Below are positions 1 through 13,625 of a stretch of DNA of 64,000 nt, in pieces. Within the stretch, counting starts at the first letter, position 1, and the number at the start of each line of letters is the position of its first letter. The position numbers and the translations under genes were made by a program. The notes under the pieces were generated by a model. It did not search any database. It was not told the origin of the DNA and saw nothing but the letters and a program-made list of their open reading frames with translations. Source of the stretch: Octopus vulgaris (Eukaryota); assembly GCA_951406725.2 (NCBI GenBank), contig OX597827.1, positions 31,496,001 to 31,560,000 on the forward strand, given 5' to 3'.

Positions 1-759
1 GGAGAAACGGCAATTACAAACAGCAATAAGAATGACATAAAAGCAATAACAACAACATTCTTTCACATTAAAAGAGTCTTAGGATATCGCAACTGGTTGA
101 GATAACTCCTTGTTGGTGACTTGAGCACTCAAAGGAGTCTTTATGTTGTTGCTTGATCTGCTATGTATAGCAGCCAAATCACCCTCAAATTACACCATAG
201 CAGAGGCATTTTCAGTCACTGTTCAATAGTACACTTGAATGCTGTATATACTGTGTAGTACAGATGTGGTTGTGAAGTATGTGTATATGTATGTGTATGT
301 GTGTGCATGTGTGTGTTGGTGTACCCCCTTGTTTGAACATCACATGACAATTGTAAACAAGCATCACATCAAAACAAGCAATGTGGTTCATTTCCAGTCT
401 TCCGTGGAAAACATGTCCAGCCATGGGAAAATATAACCCTGCTTGGAAAAACGTGAAGGCTGGCTACAGGAAGGGCACCCATCCATGGAAAATCTGATCC
501 CCAAAAGTTCTGCCTGGCCCATGCAAGTCTGGACAAAAGTTAACATTAAATGACGATCCATGGATGATGATCCACAGGCAAAGCATGAATGAATGTTTTG
601 AAATGAATTAGAAAATACCAAAATATTCTCATTTAGCATCTGTTTTCCATTGCTGGCAGGGATCAGATAGTTTGACTGGGACTAATAAGCTGGAGAGCTA
701 TACCAGGCTCCAGTCTGATCCTAGCATGGCCTCTACAGCTGAATATCATCGTCTTCGTC

Positions 760-1226
760 TTCCAATCAGGACTCACACCATTAGCCACAAAGAATAATCT
801 CTCATTCGAGCCTACACTGAGCTACTAAGAATGTGTGTGGCAACTTGAAGATCCACCCACCACACGCGATAGACTGGCAGTTGCACGGGGTTCAAAAGTT
901 ACGTTGTTAACCTCATTCCGTAAACGGTGGCTTTTAACGGGTGGAGAGCTGAACCATCCTGGGGTACAGAGGATTCGCAATCTAGACTAGGGTCTGAAAG
1001 TTTACCACACCATTGTTCCTCTGCTTTGTGGCAGAAGTAGGAAGAAAGAGTGAGAGAAAGTTGTGGTGAAAGAGTATAGCGGGGGTTCACCCCAACCCCC
1101 ACTGGAGCCTCGTGGAGCTTAGGTGTTTTTACTCAATAAACACTCACAATGCCTGGTCTGGGAATCAAAACCGCCTTCTTTTGACTGCGAGTCCGCTGCC
1201 CTAACCACTGGGCCATTGCACCTTCA
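760..1226 (-). mobile_element. tRNA-derived SINE
   Basis: Minus strand begins tgaaggtgcaatggcccagtggttagggcagcggactcgcagtc...ggttttgattccc, i.e. A-box/B-box-like tRNA head followed by a unique body. Confidence 0.6.
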
Positions 1227-1646
1227 CTGCTGAATGCCCTTCCTAATACTAATCACTCCAAGAGTGTAGTGGGTGCCTTTTATGTGTCACCAGCACCGAC
1301 CAGGACTATGATTTCACTTGGCTTGATGAATCTTCTCAAGCATGACAAATCATCAAGGATCTCAATCATTAGTTAACACCTCCATGAGACCCAACATTCG
1401 AAGATCATGCCTCACCATCTTGTCTCCTTTCTGCACTGCAATGGTGCATGCATATTTCTTCGTGATTTTTTTTTTGTTTGATGGAATTTTTAAAAAGCTG
1501 ACAGGGCTCAACAATAGTTTTAGCTGTTTCTTTCATGTGTCATGGATACAAAAGGATTGAAAATCACCACCATTAATATATTAGCCCTTTTTGATAACAA
1601 CCTGCTGGATCCCACACTGGTTCTATTATACAAACATCTCATTTAA

Positions 1647-1868
1647 CCCTTTTATTATCAACTCGGCTGAAACCGCCTCTGGTTTTGTAGTACAAATGTC
1701 TTGTTTTCATAAGTTTTTAATTAAAATTTTCCACCAAACCTTAATCACAATTTATGTTCCTAACACTAGCTGAATAATAACTAAGTTATTTTACTAAATT
1801 CTTTGTTCTATTTAAAATTAATTGAAAGAAACACTCAGCATCTCAAAATAAATACAATAATGAAAGGG
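1647..1868. mobile_element. piggyBac-like MITE (TTAA-flanked)
   Basis: ttaa|cccttt ... aaaggg|ttaa termini; related to 38612-38905; nested in a similar degenerate copy (~1583-2355). Confidence 0.6.
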
Positions 1869-2000
1869 TTAAAGTGATCTTAGTGAAAAACTCTCCTTCT
1901 TTCCAAAATGCCAGTTAAAAAATAACCAAAATAGTTTAATAAACCCTTCATTATTTCAAAAATTAATCCCAATAAAGGCAGCCAGTTTCAATAGAATTGA

Positions 2001-2322
2001 AGGTATGTGACTTAGTGGTCAGGGTGTCTGGCTCATGATTATAAGATTGTGAGCTCAGTTCCAGGCAGCATCTAGTGTCCTTGAGCAGGGTACTTTATTT
2101 CATGTTGCTTCAGTCCACTCAGCTGGCAAAAATGAGCTATACCTGTAATTCAAAGGGAGCCAACCTTGTCACATTCCGTGCTACACTGAATCTCCCTGAG
2201 AACAATGTTAAGAGTACTCATGTCTATGGGGTACTCAGCCACTTGCATGTTAATTTCACAAGCAGGCTGTTGCAGTGATCGGATCGACTGGAAACCTTGT
2301 CCTCATAACTGATGGAGTGCCA
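2001..2322 (+). mobile_element. tRNA-derived SINE (ccttgagcagggtactt CORE/V-like central motif)
   Basis: gtgacttagtggtcagggtg A-box-like head and gtgtccttgagcagggtacttt motif; related copies on - at ~36545-36835 and ~46960-47245. Confidence 0.55.
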
Positions 2323-2706
2323 TTTCAACAGAAATATAGTCATAAAAAGTGTTAAAAAAAGAAGGCTATTTTGGATAATGTTGTTTGAAATATACTAAGC
2401 TTGAATAAAAGCAGGGATGGTTATGGCTGAAAAGCTTTGCGTTATAGGTCTGCTCAATCAAGAATGACCTAGGGCTAAGTAATAACAGCACAACAACTGT
2501 CAATGAAAAAATACCTGAATAGTAATAAAAGAACATCAGTAATTTACAGCTTTTATAACTAATATGCAACACCTGTAAATATTAATTAATTCGTAATGTA
2601 CTTTAGTTTGTCTATTAGAAAGGTATATTTACTGTCTATGTAACGTTTGTTATACCTGCTTTTGTATTCTAACTACTAATTCTTTTTGCTGAATGTATAT
2701 ATATAT

Positions 2707-3186
2707 CATCATCATCATCATCATCATTTAACGTCCGCTTTCCATGCTAGCACGGATTGGACAATTTGACTGCGGTCTGGTGAACTAGATGGCAGCACCA
2801 GACTCCAATCTGATCTGGCAGAGTTTCTACAGCTGGATGCCCTTCCTAACGCCAACCACTCCGACAGTGTAGTGGGTGCTTTTACATGCCACCGGCATGA
2901 GGGCCAGTCAGACAGTACTGGCAACGGCCACGCTCAAATGGTGCTTTTTATGTGCCACCTGCACAGGAGCCAGTCCAGCAGCACTGGCAACGACCTCGCT
3001 CGAATGTTTTTTTTTCGCGTGCCACCAGCACAAGTGCTAGTAAGGCAATGTAGGTAACAATCACACTTGAATGGTGTTTTTAACGTGCCATTGGCACGGA
3101 GACCAGCTTGTTGCTCTGGCAACGATCTCACTTGTATGGTACTCTTAGCGCTCCACTAGCACGGATGCCAGTCATCAAGTTTGATT
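2707..3186 (-). mobile_element. 5'-truncated RTE LINE 3' UTR
   Basis: Reverse complement of 58330-58890, which follows the RTE ORF; ends in (cat)n = (gat)n tail; contains internal ~66-bp repeats. Confidence 0.75.
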
Positions 3187-4034
3187 ACACACCTACCTTC
3201 TGTCAGTTTATAACAAACTCACTGTGAGAAAACTCCTGTAGTAAAGCTTCTGCTGAGTTTTGAACCATCTTATTCAAATCCCCAGTTTAGAACCATGGCC
3301 CAACTATATTACCATAAAAAGTTAAGGCCAATCATGAGAAATTATTTGTGTTTACTATAAAAGGCAATAACACACCTGTACAAACATGGTTCCACTATTT
3401 AGATCAGCTGGTTTGTGATCTAATAATCAAGAAACTTGAAAATAAGCTTTGTGAGTTTTCCTGTCCAGCAAACAGTTCAGCTGAAGTTTCTAGAAGTTTG
3501 ATTGAATGTTATAAAACGCTGGGACATTGAACTCCCAAACAGAACAACCTCAGGTGTTATGCAGAACTATGTAGGTCAGTTTTGTGATGAGGTGTTCTCA
3601 TTTTTCTACTTTTTAGTTTTTTATAAACGTGAGTGATTTTCATACAACTAAAATGTTATATGCTGTGAAGACTTTACTGTTCTGTTATGATAATGTATTT
3701 AAATAATCATTGTACACATGTAAATACATAGATGCAAATGTTCTGGGTAATAAAAATATGGAAACTTTTTATTCTCAGCTTCACACACAGCCTGTCTATT
3801 ATTGTCTACAGCCAACAACTAATTAGTGACAAAGACCCACTAAATAAGACTAATTAAGAGAAGGGTCTCTTGACTCATTGGCATCAATAAATCATTCACA
3901 GAAGTGTTCCAGAATCTGACCCACAAACATGCTGACTCTGTGTTCAGTCCTTTCTCTTGTTGCTATAATGGTCTCTGTTCCTTGGAGTTGGATGGTCTTG
4001 CATCTCTTGCAGTCAAGTAATCCTGATCCACCCA

Positions 4035-4480
4035 TCTTATTTCTTTATTGCTCACAAGGGGCTAAACATAGAAGGGACAAACAAGGACAGACAAAGGGGT
4101 TAAGTCAATTACATCAACCCCAGTGCATAACTGGTACTTAATTTATCGACCCCGAAAGGATGAAAGGCAAAGTCAACCTCAGTGGAATTTGAACTCAGAA
4201 CCTAACAGCAGATGAAATACCGCTAAGCATTTCACCTGGTGTGCTAACGTTTCTTATTTCTTTATTGCCCACAAGGGGCTAAACATAGAGGGGACAAACA
4301 AGGACAGACAAAGGGATTAAGTTGATTACATCGACTGCAGTGTGTAATTGGTACATAATTTATCAACCCTGAAAGGATGAAAGGCAAAGACCTCGGCGGA
4401 ATTTGAACTCAGAATGTAACGCAGATGAAATACCACTAAGCATTTTGTCCGGCATGCTAATGTTTCTGCCAGCTCGCCTG
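4035..4480 (-). mobile_element. two tandem MetaSINE-like SINEs
   Basis: Minus strand carries ctttgcctttcatcctttcggggtcgataaattaagtaccag (Meta-domain-like) after a tRNA-like head; the second copy is 5'-truncated. Confidence 0.65.
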
Positions 4481-4974
4481 ATCCACCCATCTATCTTGCT
4501 CTCTCCCTCCCACCAGCCATACACTAACCACTATACCCAATCCTTGCTCCTCCCACCCTTCAGAACAGCGACCATCTGGATTCTCCTCCCAGCTCATGTT
4601 TTTTTCCTTCAGGTGATGACTTGCTGTTTTCCCCAGACTCAATGAGTAAGAAATGAAAATAATACAACCACACAAAACTATTTCTGCTTTTTCTGAACAC
4701 TTTAAAAAGAATCCCGTTTTAAAATGTTCATCATCACCACCACCACCACCACCACCACCACCACCGCCATCAAATAGGCTCGACCAGATCTAAAGAAATA
4801 TCCAAGACACAATCAATGTTAAAATGGTGCCCCTATGACTCCATCGAGGAGCTGAAGGCCTAAGGAAAAACAAGGTATAAAAAAATTATGAAAGATCTCC
4901 TTTCTAAGATGTTCAAGGATCAGTACAGGTTCTCTGAAACCTTAAATCATATTTTTTTTAAAATCCACAACACA

Positions 4975-5460
4975 TCTTGATACCTTTTGTATCACACCAC
5001 TTTGATACATCTTGTGGCACACCGTAATACATTTCATGGTGTGCCTTGGTACCTCTTATGGCACACTAAGGTACCTCTTGTGACACACCTCAGTACCCCC
5101 CATGGAACATCTCGGTTCCTCTCATGGCACATCTTGATAGCTCACACACAGCACTGGATTAACCATTAAGCAAAATAAGTATGTGCTTAGGCCAGAAATA
5201 GTAAATGGTTTACTGCACAAAAGAAATCACTTTAAACTTACCTCGATATCTCTTGTGGTACACCTCAATATCTCTCATGGTATACCTCGATATCTCTTGT
5301 GGTACACCTCAATGTCTCTTGTGGCACACCTTGATATCTCTTGTGGTATACCTACATATCTCTTGTGGTACACTTCAATATCTCTTGTGGTACACCTCAA
5401 TATCTCTTGTGGTATACCTTGATATCTCTTGTAGTATCGGTGCTTGTTGTGGCACACCAT
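4975..5460. repeat. 22-bp minisatellite (atatctcttgtggtacacctca)n
   Basis: About 9 well-conserved units at 5240-5435; degenerate units upstream. Confidence 0.85.
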
Positions 5461-5724
5461 TAAGGAACTTAAATAGTAATCTTCAAAACTGAGGTCTTCA
5501 GACAAAGAATGGCGTCATGACATTCATATTTTGTTAATTTATTTTAGAAGTCAAACAATGAAAATATGCAAAATTTTTCTAAAATTTAATATGGAACATT
5601 TTACCATTATTGTTATTTAAATTCCATTGACAGTTTGGTTTCTCTCTCAGAAACCAAACCATTCTTTATGGAAAATAATATAAAGACATATGAAAAGGTA
5701 AAAAAACACACCATGCATCCATAA

Positions 5725-5798
5725 TATATACATATATGTATATATATGTGTGTGTGTGTGTGCATATATATATATATATCTACACACATATGCATGTA

Positions 5799-5858
<60 letters not shown>

Positions 5859-5868
5859 TACATATATG

Positions 5869-5900
<32 letters not shown>

Positions 5901-5905
5901 TATAT

Positions 5906-5945
<40 letters not shown>

Positions 5946-6259
5946 GCACACATATATATATATATATGTGTGTGTATATACATACATACTAATGTACATA
6001 CATACATACATATATACATGACAACAGAGAGTTTGGAACAATGAAATATGCATATACACACTAACACACACACACACACGAACTCCCACACAAACCATTA
6101 CAAAAATATCAATAATGATTTCAGTAGTTTCATGGTGAAAGCCAACATTAATAAAGACAGAGGAATTTCCCTCCTGGCTGAAGACAACAGAGACGGTGAG
6201 AGGCAGACAGACTGATAGACAGACAGACAGACAGACAGATAGATAGATAAGTAGGTAGG

Positions 6260-6319
<60 letters not shown>

Positions 6320-6349
6320 CAGACAGAGAGGCAGAGAGACAGATAGATG

Positions 6350-6411
<62 letters not shown>

Positions 6412-6751
6412 TAGATAAGTAGATAGACAGAAGATAGACAAATAGATAGACAGACAGACAGATAGATAGATAGATAAGTTTCTTTATTGGCCACACAGGG
6501 CTGCACACAGATGGGACAAGTTACAAGGTAGAGCTTTTCTTTTGGGGGAGAAAAAAAAAAAGATGGCGTAGGTTTTCGATCAAAAGGGATTGTAAAAGGG
6601 AAAAAAGAACAAAAAAAAGAAAAAAAGAAAAAAAGGAAAAGAAAAAAAAGAAAAAAGGGAAAAGGACCAAAAGAAAATAAAGATGAAAAAAGAAGACAAA
6701 TGAGGAAAAAAGGGGAAGAGGAAAAAAAAACGATCAATAGGGATCATGTAT

Positions 6752-6815
<64 letters not shown>

Positions 6816-7236
6816 CAGATAGACAGACAGACAGACAGCCAGCCAGACAGACAGACAGCCAGCCAGCCAGACAGACAGACAGAGAGATAGATAGAGAAAG
6901 AGAGAGAGAGAGAGAGAAAGAAAAGGAATGTGTGGGGAGTGATGGATGGGATAAGAGATAGCCAGAGAGACAGTTAGAGACAGAGTCACTCATGGAGAGA
7001 GAGAGAGAGAGAGGTAAAGAGAGAAATACAGGTAACCAGCAAGAGATGAGGAGAGAGACAAAACGAGACAAACATAGGTAGACAGAGAGAGACAGACATA
7101 AAGAAAGAGAGAAAGAAAAAAATCAGAGAGAGTAAGAGAGTAGAAAACAGTAAAATATTGTGAGGAGACAGAGAGACTGTAAATAAGCAGAGATAAGGGG
7201 AGGGAGTAAAGAGAGACACACAAACAGAGAAGGGAG

Positions 7237-7281
<45 letters not shown>

Positions 7282-7805
7282 GAAAAGGAAATAAGAAAAC
7301 CTTTTATATATGTATGTTTTATATAACAGAACAGTAAACTATATATAGAGAGAGACAGAAAGACAGAGAAAGAGGAAGAGAAAGAGACAGAAAGAGAGAG
7401 AGGAAGAGGGAGAAAGAGACAGAAAGAGAGAGAGGAAGAGAGAGAAAGAGACAGAAAGAGAGAGGGGAAGAGAGAGAAAGAGACAGAACGAGAGAGAGGA
7501 AGAGAGAGGGAAGGGAAGAGGGAGAAAGAAAAAGGAAGAGAGAGACAGAAAGAGAAAGAGAGAGAGAGAGAAATGGAGAGGGAGATGAAGAAAGAGAGAG
7601 ACAGACAGAAAGAGAAAGAGAGAGAGGGTAAGAAGCGAAAAAAACAGTTGGAAAAGAATAGAGACAAAATAGAAGAAATTACTAAAAAGAAAGAAAGAGA
7701 GAGAGATTAACTAGTGAGAAAAAGAGAGAGAAAGAGTGAGAGAGAAGGAGAGAAAGTAGTAGAAAAAGGGATACAGAGAGGGGGCAAGAGAGAGAGAGAG
7801 AGCGG
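5725..7805. repeat. compound microsatellite block (TA/CA, GATA/GACA, GA-rich)
   Basis: Direct inspection; explains the YI/LSIY/SL pseudo-ORFs. Confidence 0.95.
6478..6745 (-). mobile_element. 3' end of a non-LTR retroelement inserted in (GATA)n
   Basis: Non-microsatellite segment with pyrimidine-rich UTR ending gtcccatctgtgtgcagccctgtgtggccaataaagaaact, flanked on both sides by (GATA)n. Confidence 0.5.
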
Positions 7806-7879
7806 GGGGGGACATTAGAGACAAGAAAGATAAAAATTTTGGTCAAGGTAAGAATAGTGTTTTATTGAAGTAGGTCTCA

Positions 7880-8410
7880 GCACAGGTAGTGGTGGTGGTG
7901 GTTTTGTTGCTGGTTGTGGCGGTAATGGTGGTGTTTGAGAGGATAGTGTTGGTGGTGGTGGTGGTCATGGTATTAATGGTGACTGTGGTGACAATTGATG
8001 TGGTGGTAGTTGTGATAGTGGTGGTAGTGGTGGTGCTGGTGACAGTTCCATTGATAGTGGCAGTGGTAATGATAGTAATGGTAGTGGCGGTGGTGATGGA
8101 GATGGTAGTAGTGGTGATGGTAATGACTGTAAGCACAATAGTAGTTGCAGTAGTAGCAGCAGCAGCAATTAAAGTAGTAGCAGTAGCAGTGATAGTAGTG
8201 GTAGTATTTGTAGTAGTAGCAATAGCAGCAGTAGTAGTAGTGGTAGTAGTAGCAGTAGTAGCAGCAGTAGTAGTAGTAGTAGCAGCAGGAGCTGCAGTAG
8301 CAGTGGTGGTGGTGGTGGCAATTGTGACAGTGGTAGGAGCAGTGTTGGTAATGGTAAGGGCGATTGTTGTGGCAGCAGTTGTAGTGTTGGTTGGTGGTGG
8401 TGGTGGTTGC
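7880..8410. repeat. (GTG/GTA/GCA)n trinucleotide low-complexity tract
   Basis: Direct inspection; source of the poly-V/poly-T pseudo-ORFs. Confidence 0.9.
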
Positions 8411-8669
8411 GAAGGTCACAGCTGTTGTTTAACCTTTTCTATTGGCAACAATAAACAGATATATACAACATATATACACGTATATATACGGAGACAGTTG
8501 GAGGAGGGGACGATGAGGTGAGTGGAGGGGGAGGACAGAATCAATAATTAGTAAGGGTTGGGGTGGGGGGTCTCTTTTAACGAAGGTAATCAATCAGTTG
8601 TTTGATGGAATATCATGGCTGTGTCAGTAAGCGTTGTCAGATTGTCGCATGGACACACTACAAAACACT

Positions 8670-9210
8670 CTCACAGTCCACCTGGCTGTAAAGAGGTCTC
8701 CCAACTGGTAGAGCTCACTGCTGTAAAAAGCAGGAGCATATTAGAATTCATGAATGTCTTATTGGATTGCCATGTATGTGACTCTACTCTTGCTGGCATA
8801 GTCAACTTAGCTGTAAATAGGTCTCCCATCTAGGTAGAGCTCATTGCTGTATACAGCAGGAGCATAGCGGAATTAACAACTGTTTTGTTATTGCAGTTAT
8901 TCTATTTTTGCAGACTATCTGGCCATAAATAGGTACCCCCATGTCAGTAGAACTCACTGCTATAGTCAGTGGGAGAATTATGCAATTCATGAGTGTCTTG
9001 TGGTTATGATGAAAGCAATTACTTGACTTTCAGTGGCACAGTCTCCCTGTCTGTAAAGAGGTTTACCATCCAGGTAGAGCTCGCTACAGTAAACAGTGGG
9101 AGCATACTGCAATTTACAAGTGCCTTTGGACTGCTGCGTCTGTGACTTTAGTCTTGCTGATAGTCCACCTGGTTGTAAATAAGTACTTTAGTTTAAGCAG
9201 CAGGAACACT
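8670..9210. repeat. degenerate ~120-125-bp tandem repeat (~4.5 copies)
   Basis: gtagagctcactgctgta-like anchor recurs at ~8707, 8833, 8947 and 9073. Confidence 0.7.
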
Positions 9211-9235
9211 GTACAAGTAACTTCATTCATTGAGT

Positions 9236-9712
9236 GAAATTCAAATTCGATGACTGGCATCTGTGCTAGTGGAGTGCTAAGAGCACCATCCGAGTGTGAT
9301 CGTTGCCAGAGCTGCTAACTAGCTTCCATGCCAGTGTCACTTAAAAAGCACCATTCGTGTGTGATTGTTACCAGCGTTGCCTCACTGGCACTTGTGCCAG
9401 TAGCATGTGAACAAAACATTCGAGCGAGGTTGTTGCCAGTGCCACTGGACTTGCTCCTGTGCAGGTGGTACGTAAAAAACACCATTTGAGCATGGCTGTT
9501 GCCAGTACTGCCTGACTGGCCCTCGTGCCGGTGGCACATAAAAGTACCCACTACACTCTCAGAGTGGTTGGCATTAGGAAGGGTATCAAACTGTAGAAAC
9601 TCTGCCAGATCAAGATTGGAGCCTGGTGTAGCCATCTGGTTCGCCAGTCCTCAGTCAAATCATCCAACCCATGCTAGCATGGAAAGTGGACGTCAAATGA
9701 TGATGATGAAGA
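9236..9712 (+). mobile_element. 5'-truncated RTE LINE 3' UTR
   Basis: Co-linear with 58335-58890; (gat)n tail. Confidence 0.75.
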
Positions 9713-10855
9713 TGAATGTGAGACATGCTCATACTATGAAAAAATACTGAGATGAAATTGCTGGACTTCAAAATTAGATGTTTCTGTAGAATTCTTGGCA
9801 TTACATAGAAGGAAAACCAGACCAACCAGTCATTCTTAGAACAACTTAATATATAGGCTGGGAAGAGAACAAGTGATGAAGAGAAGTGGCTGCTTGAGGG
9901 GCACACAGACATTGATAAGGTTAGAGGCTGTGACAAAAGGACTTTGACAGAATATGTCATGAAACTATTTATCAATTAATTAATTATATGACTGATACTA
10001 TAATTGAAGTGAAACATAGCTAGTGTGTGTGTTTTTATTTGCAGTACAACCCTCTCAAAATGCAGCAATAATAGAGAAAACTCATAGAAGTAACAAGACA
10101 GCTGGACAAAGGAAAATGCAGCGGTTTTATAACATTAGTTGTATGACTGGGTCACTTGAAAATACAACTGTGTTTAGAAACAAGAAGCTAAAAAGAGAAG
10201 GAGAGGACCTAAGAAAGAATGGGTCGATGATTTTGAGACATGAACTGGAATGCATTCAGAGAACCCCAGACAATGAGAGGGCTGGAAAAGATTGGGAAAA
10301 AATAAATGAAACATAAAGCACTCAATGGAGTGCTTTTGATTTGAGCTCAAGTTCTCCTAAGGATCATCAGAATACAACAGAAAATTATTCCAGTATTTGA
10401 CCCCAGTGTCTTCCGTTAGATCTTAGTTTTGGTAACAGGTGGTATGAGATGATGGTTCTTCAATACGTCTATTCTACAAGACATACTCCATACATTGGTA
10501 AAGAACCACCATCTCTAGCTCTTATAAAACAAAAATGTGAAGGACCCATTAGTTAGCAGAGGGGTCAGCAAATTTCTTATATCACTGACCCTCATCATGG
10601 AACTGCTGATAATTTACTGACCCTGCCATCATGCAAATTTCTAAAATAAAATTTAAAAGTATAATTAATAAAAACAAATTTCTTGATCTAAAGGCACAGG
10701 TGGAGTAAGAAGTTTGCTTCCCAGCCACACTACCCCAAGAACAGTCCCATCATGTGGCACCGTGGGCAAGTGTCTTCTACTATAGCCTCACAAAACTTCG
10801 TGAACAGATTTGGTAGATGAAAACTGGAAACCGAAAGAAGCCCATTACACACACA

Positions 10856-10910
<55 letters not shown>

Positions 10911-10934
10911 TAAAAATAGGAAAGGCCAATTTAT

Positions 10935-10995
10935 GAGATTACCTTAGGTTTCCCATCCATAAAGGGTTTAGCTTTATGGTGTATCATCAGATCCC
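10935..10995 (-). ncRNA. type I hammerhead ribozyme in fold-back element (10910-11092)
   Basis: gggat CTGATGA ..ccataaag-loop-ctttatgg.. GAAA cct a agg TA atctc; partial inverted copy at 11024-11092. Confidence 0.7.
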
Positions 10996-11144
10996 AAAAT
11001 CCCATTGGGCCATGACCTCTTAAATAAAGCTAAACCCTTTATGGACTGGAAACCTAGAGTAATCCCATAAACTGGCCTTTCCAATTTTTAATATATACTG
11101 CTCTACATCTTGGGGTGTGGTTCTTTTGGATATATATATACACA

Positions 11145-11557
11145 TAGGAGTGGCTGTATGGTAAGTAGCTGCTTGCCAACCACATGGTTCTGGGTTCAGT
11201 CCCACTGTGTGGCACCTTGGACAAGTGTCTTCTACTATAGCCTCGGGTTGACCAAAGCCTTGTGAGTGGATTTGGTAGACAGAAACTGAAAGAAGCCCGT
11301 CATATATATGTATAAATATATATATGTGTATGTGTATGTATATGTTTGTGTGTCTGTGTTTGTTGCCCCAACATCGCTTGACAACCGTCAAGCTGGTGTG
11401 TTTACGTCCCCGTAACTTAACGGTTCAGCAAAAGAGACCGATAGAATAAGTACTAGGCTTACAAAGAATAAGTCCTGGGGTCAATTTGCTCGACTAAAGG
11501 CAGTGCTCCAGCATGGTCACAGTCAAATGAATGAAACAAGTAAAAGAATAAAAGAGA

Positions 11558-11558
<1 letters not shown>
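11145..11558 (+). mobile_element. tRNA-derived CORE-like SINE (Octopus OR-type), full length
   Basis: tggctgtatggtaag A-box, gggttcagtcc B-box, caccttggacaagtgtctt CORE-like motif, internal (TA/TG)n, gtaaaaga tail. Confidence 0.8.
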
Positions 11559-11594
<36 letters not shown>

Positions 11595-11761
11595 AGGTAC
11601 AAGTGTGGTTGTGTAGTAAGTAGCTTCCTTATCAACACATGGTTCCGGTTTCCGTTCCACTGCGTAGCACCTTGGGCAAGTGTCTTCTACTATAGCCTCG
11701 GGCCGACCAAAGGCTTGTGAGTGGATTTGGTAGACGGAAACTGAAAAAGCTTATCGTGTAT

Positions 11762-12134
11762 ACTCTTTACTCTTTTACTCTTTTACTTGTTTCAGTCATT
11801 TGACTGCGGCCATGCTGGAGCACCACCTTTTAGTACTTATTCTATCGGTCTCTTTTTGCCGAACCGCTAAGTGACGGGGACCTAAACACACCAGCATCGG
11901 TTGTCAAGCAATGCTAGGGGGACAAACACAGACACACAAACACACACACATATACATATATATACATATATACGACAGGCTTCTTTCAGTTTCCGTCTAC
12001 CAAATCCACTCACAAGGCATTGGTCGGCCCGGGGCTATAGCAGAAGACACTTGCCCAAGATGCCACGCAGTGGGACTGAACCCGCAACCGTGTGGTTGGT
12101 TAGCAAGCTACTTACCACACAGCCACTCCTGCGC
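11762..12134 (-). mobile_element. CORE-like SINE (same family)
   Basis: Reverse complement of the 11145 family; adjoins a + head fragment at 11595-11758. Confidence 0.8.
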
Positions 12135-12151
12135 CTATATATACATATATA

Positions 12152-12242
12152 TATTTAAGAGATGAGGAATTATGTACATTACTTAATGGTTAAGAGCATG
12201 GGCTACTAACCCCAAGATTTCGTGTTTGGTTCCAGGATGTCA

Positions 12243-12296
<54 letters not shown>

Positions 12297-12535
12297 TGAT
12301 GATGATGATAATGATGATGATGATGATGATGATAATAATAATAATAATAATAATGATAGTAATAATAATAATAATCACAACAACACTGAAAAATACCTTA
12401 GGAATGAGAACCCAGGTTCAAAATTTCCCCAAGACACCTGATGAAAGCTGGAGGGTATATCAGTCGAAACGTTATGTTAACAACAAACAAGATGAGGACA
12501 AATATCCATCAATTGTATATAATGTAAATAATGAA
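12152..12535 (+). mobile_element. tRNA-headed, HHR-tailed SINE-like element, copy 1
   Basis: Short inverted tail, partial tRNA head, (aat/gat)n, then HHR acac CTGATGA aagctg..cagtc GAAA cg TT atgt at 12434-12477. Confidence 0.75.
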
Positions 12536-12638
12536 AAGGATATATATATATATATATAATTGCAGCATGGAAGGTGTTTATAAGCCATTTATAAACACAC
12601 AAAAACCGTTAGATTCACTTCAACATTTAAATTTAATT

Positions 12639-12685
12639 TGCCAAAATATTTTCATCGCTTTGAGACCGCAACCTTTTCACTGACA
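12639..12685 (-). ncRNA. variant type I hammerhead-like motif in fold-back element (12558-12750)
   Basis: tgtca GTGAAAA g gttgc..gcgat GAAA atat TT tggca; element bounded by ~33-bp inverted repeats. Confidence 0.5.
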
Positions 12686-13191
12686 AAATTCCGTGCTGCA
12701 TGGAATTTTGTTTCTTAAATGGCTTATAAACACCTTCCACACTGCAATTGTTTTCGTTCCAGCAAACAATCTCAGATCAGGTCACTTGCTATGCAAGTAC
12801 ATCTCCGTAATATATATACATATATATAAATGTGTGTATACATGCACATGTGTGTGTGTGTGTGTGTGTGAGTACGTATGCACGCATGTGTGTGACTATG
12901 TGTCTTTGTTCGTCCCCACCCACTGCTTCACAACCGGAGTTGGTTTTGTTTATGTCCATGAAACTTAGCAGTTCGACAAAAGAGACCAATAAAATAAGTA
13001 CCAGGCTTTTAAATAAATGTACTGAGGTCAATTCATTCAACTAAAATTTCTTCAAGTTGGTGCCCCAGCATGGTCACATTCTAATGACTGAAACAAGAAA
13101 AAGATAAAAGTTGGATGATTGAACCAATAATTCCCTTGCTCATTTGTGTCATTAATGATTTGTAGTAAGAAATATTTGAAGAAATTTAACG

Positions 13192-13625
13192 AGGTGCAGG
13201 AGTGGGTGTGTGGTAAGTAGCTTGCTTACCCACCACATGGTTCTGGGTTCAGTTCTACTGCGTGACACCTTGGACAAGTGTCTTCTACTATAGCCTCATG
13301 TTCACCAAAGCCTTGTGAGTGGATTTGGTAGATGGAAACTGAAAGAAGCCCGTTGTATATATATATAATGTGTGTGTGTGTGTATGTGTGCCTATGTATG
13401 TGTGTGTATATGTTTGTGTGTCTGTGTTTGTCCCCCCAACATTGCTTGACAACTGATGGTGGTGTGCTTATGTCCCCATAACTTAGCAGTTTGTCAAAAG
13501 AGACCGATAAAATAAGTACTAGGCTTACAAAGAATAAGTTCTGGGGTCGATTTGCTTGACTAAAGGCAGTGCTCCAGCATGACCGCAGTCAAATGACTGA
13601 CACAAGTAAAAGAGTGAAAGAGTAA
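13192..13625 (+). mobile_element. CORE-like SINE (OR-type), full length
   Basis: Same architecture as 11145-11558. Confidence 0.8.

Noticed and set aside
6095-6180. Possible minus-strand exon ([27 protein letters not shown])
   Set aside because: Acceptor is plausible but the donor is weak (gtttgt) and the peptide is not recognisable.
5613-8521. Long ORFs (374, 225, 210 aa etc.)
   Set aside because: Translations of microsatellites lacking stop codons; the same applies to YI-rich ORFs at 31.5-35.8 kb and 54.6 kb.
9720-10320. Degenerate LINE C-terminal fragment
   Set aside because: Only faint motifs (CRILGI, RRGPKKEWVDD) across broken frames; too weak to call.
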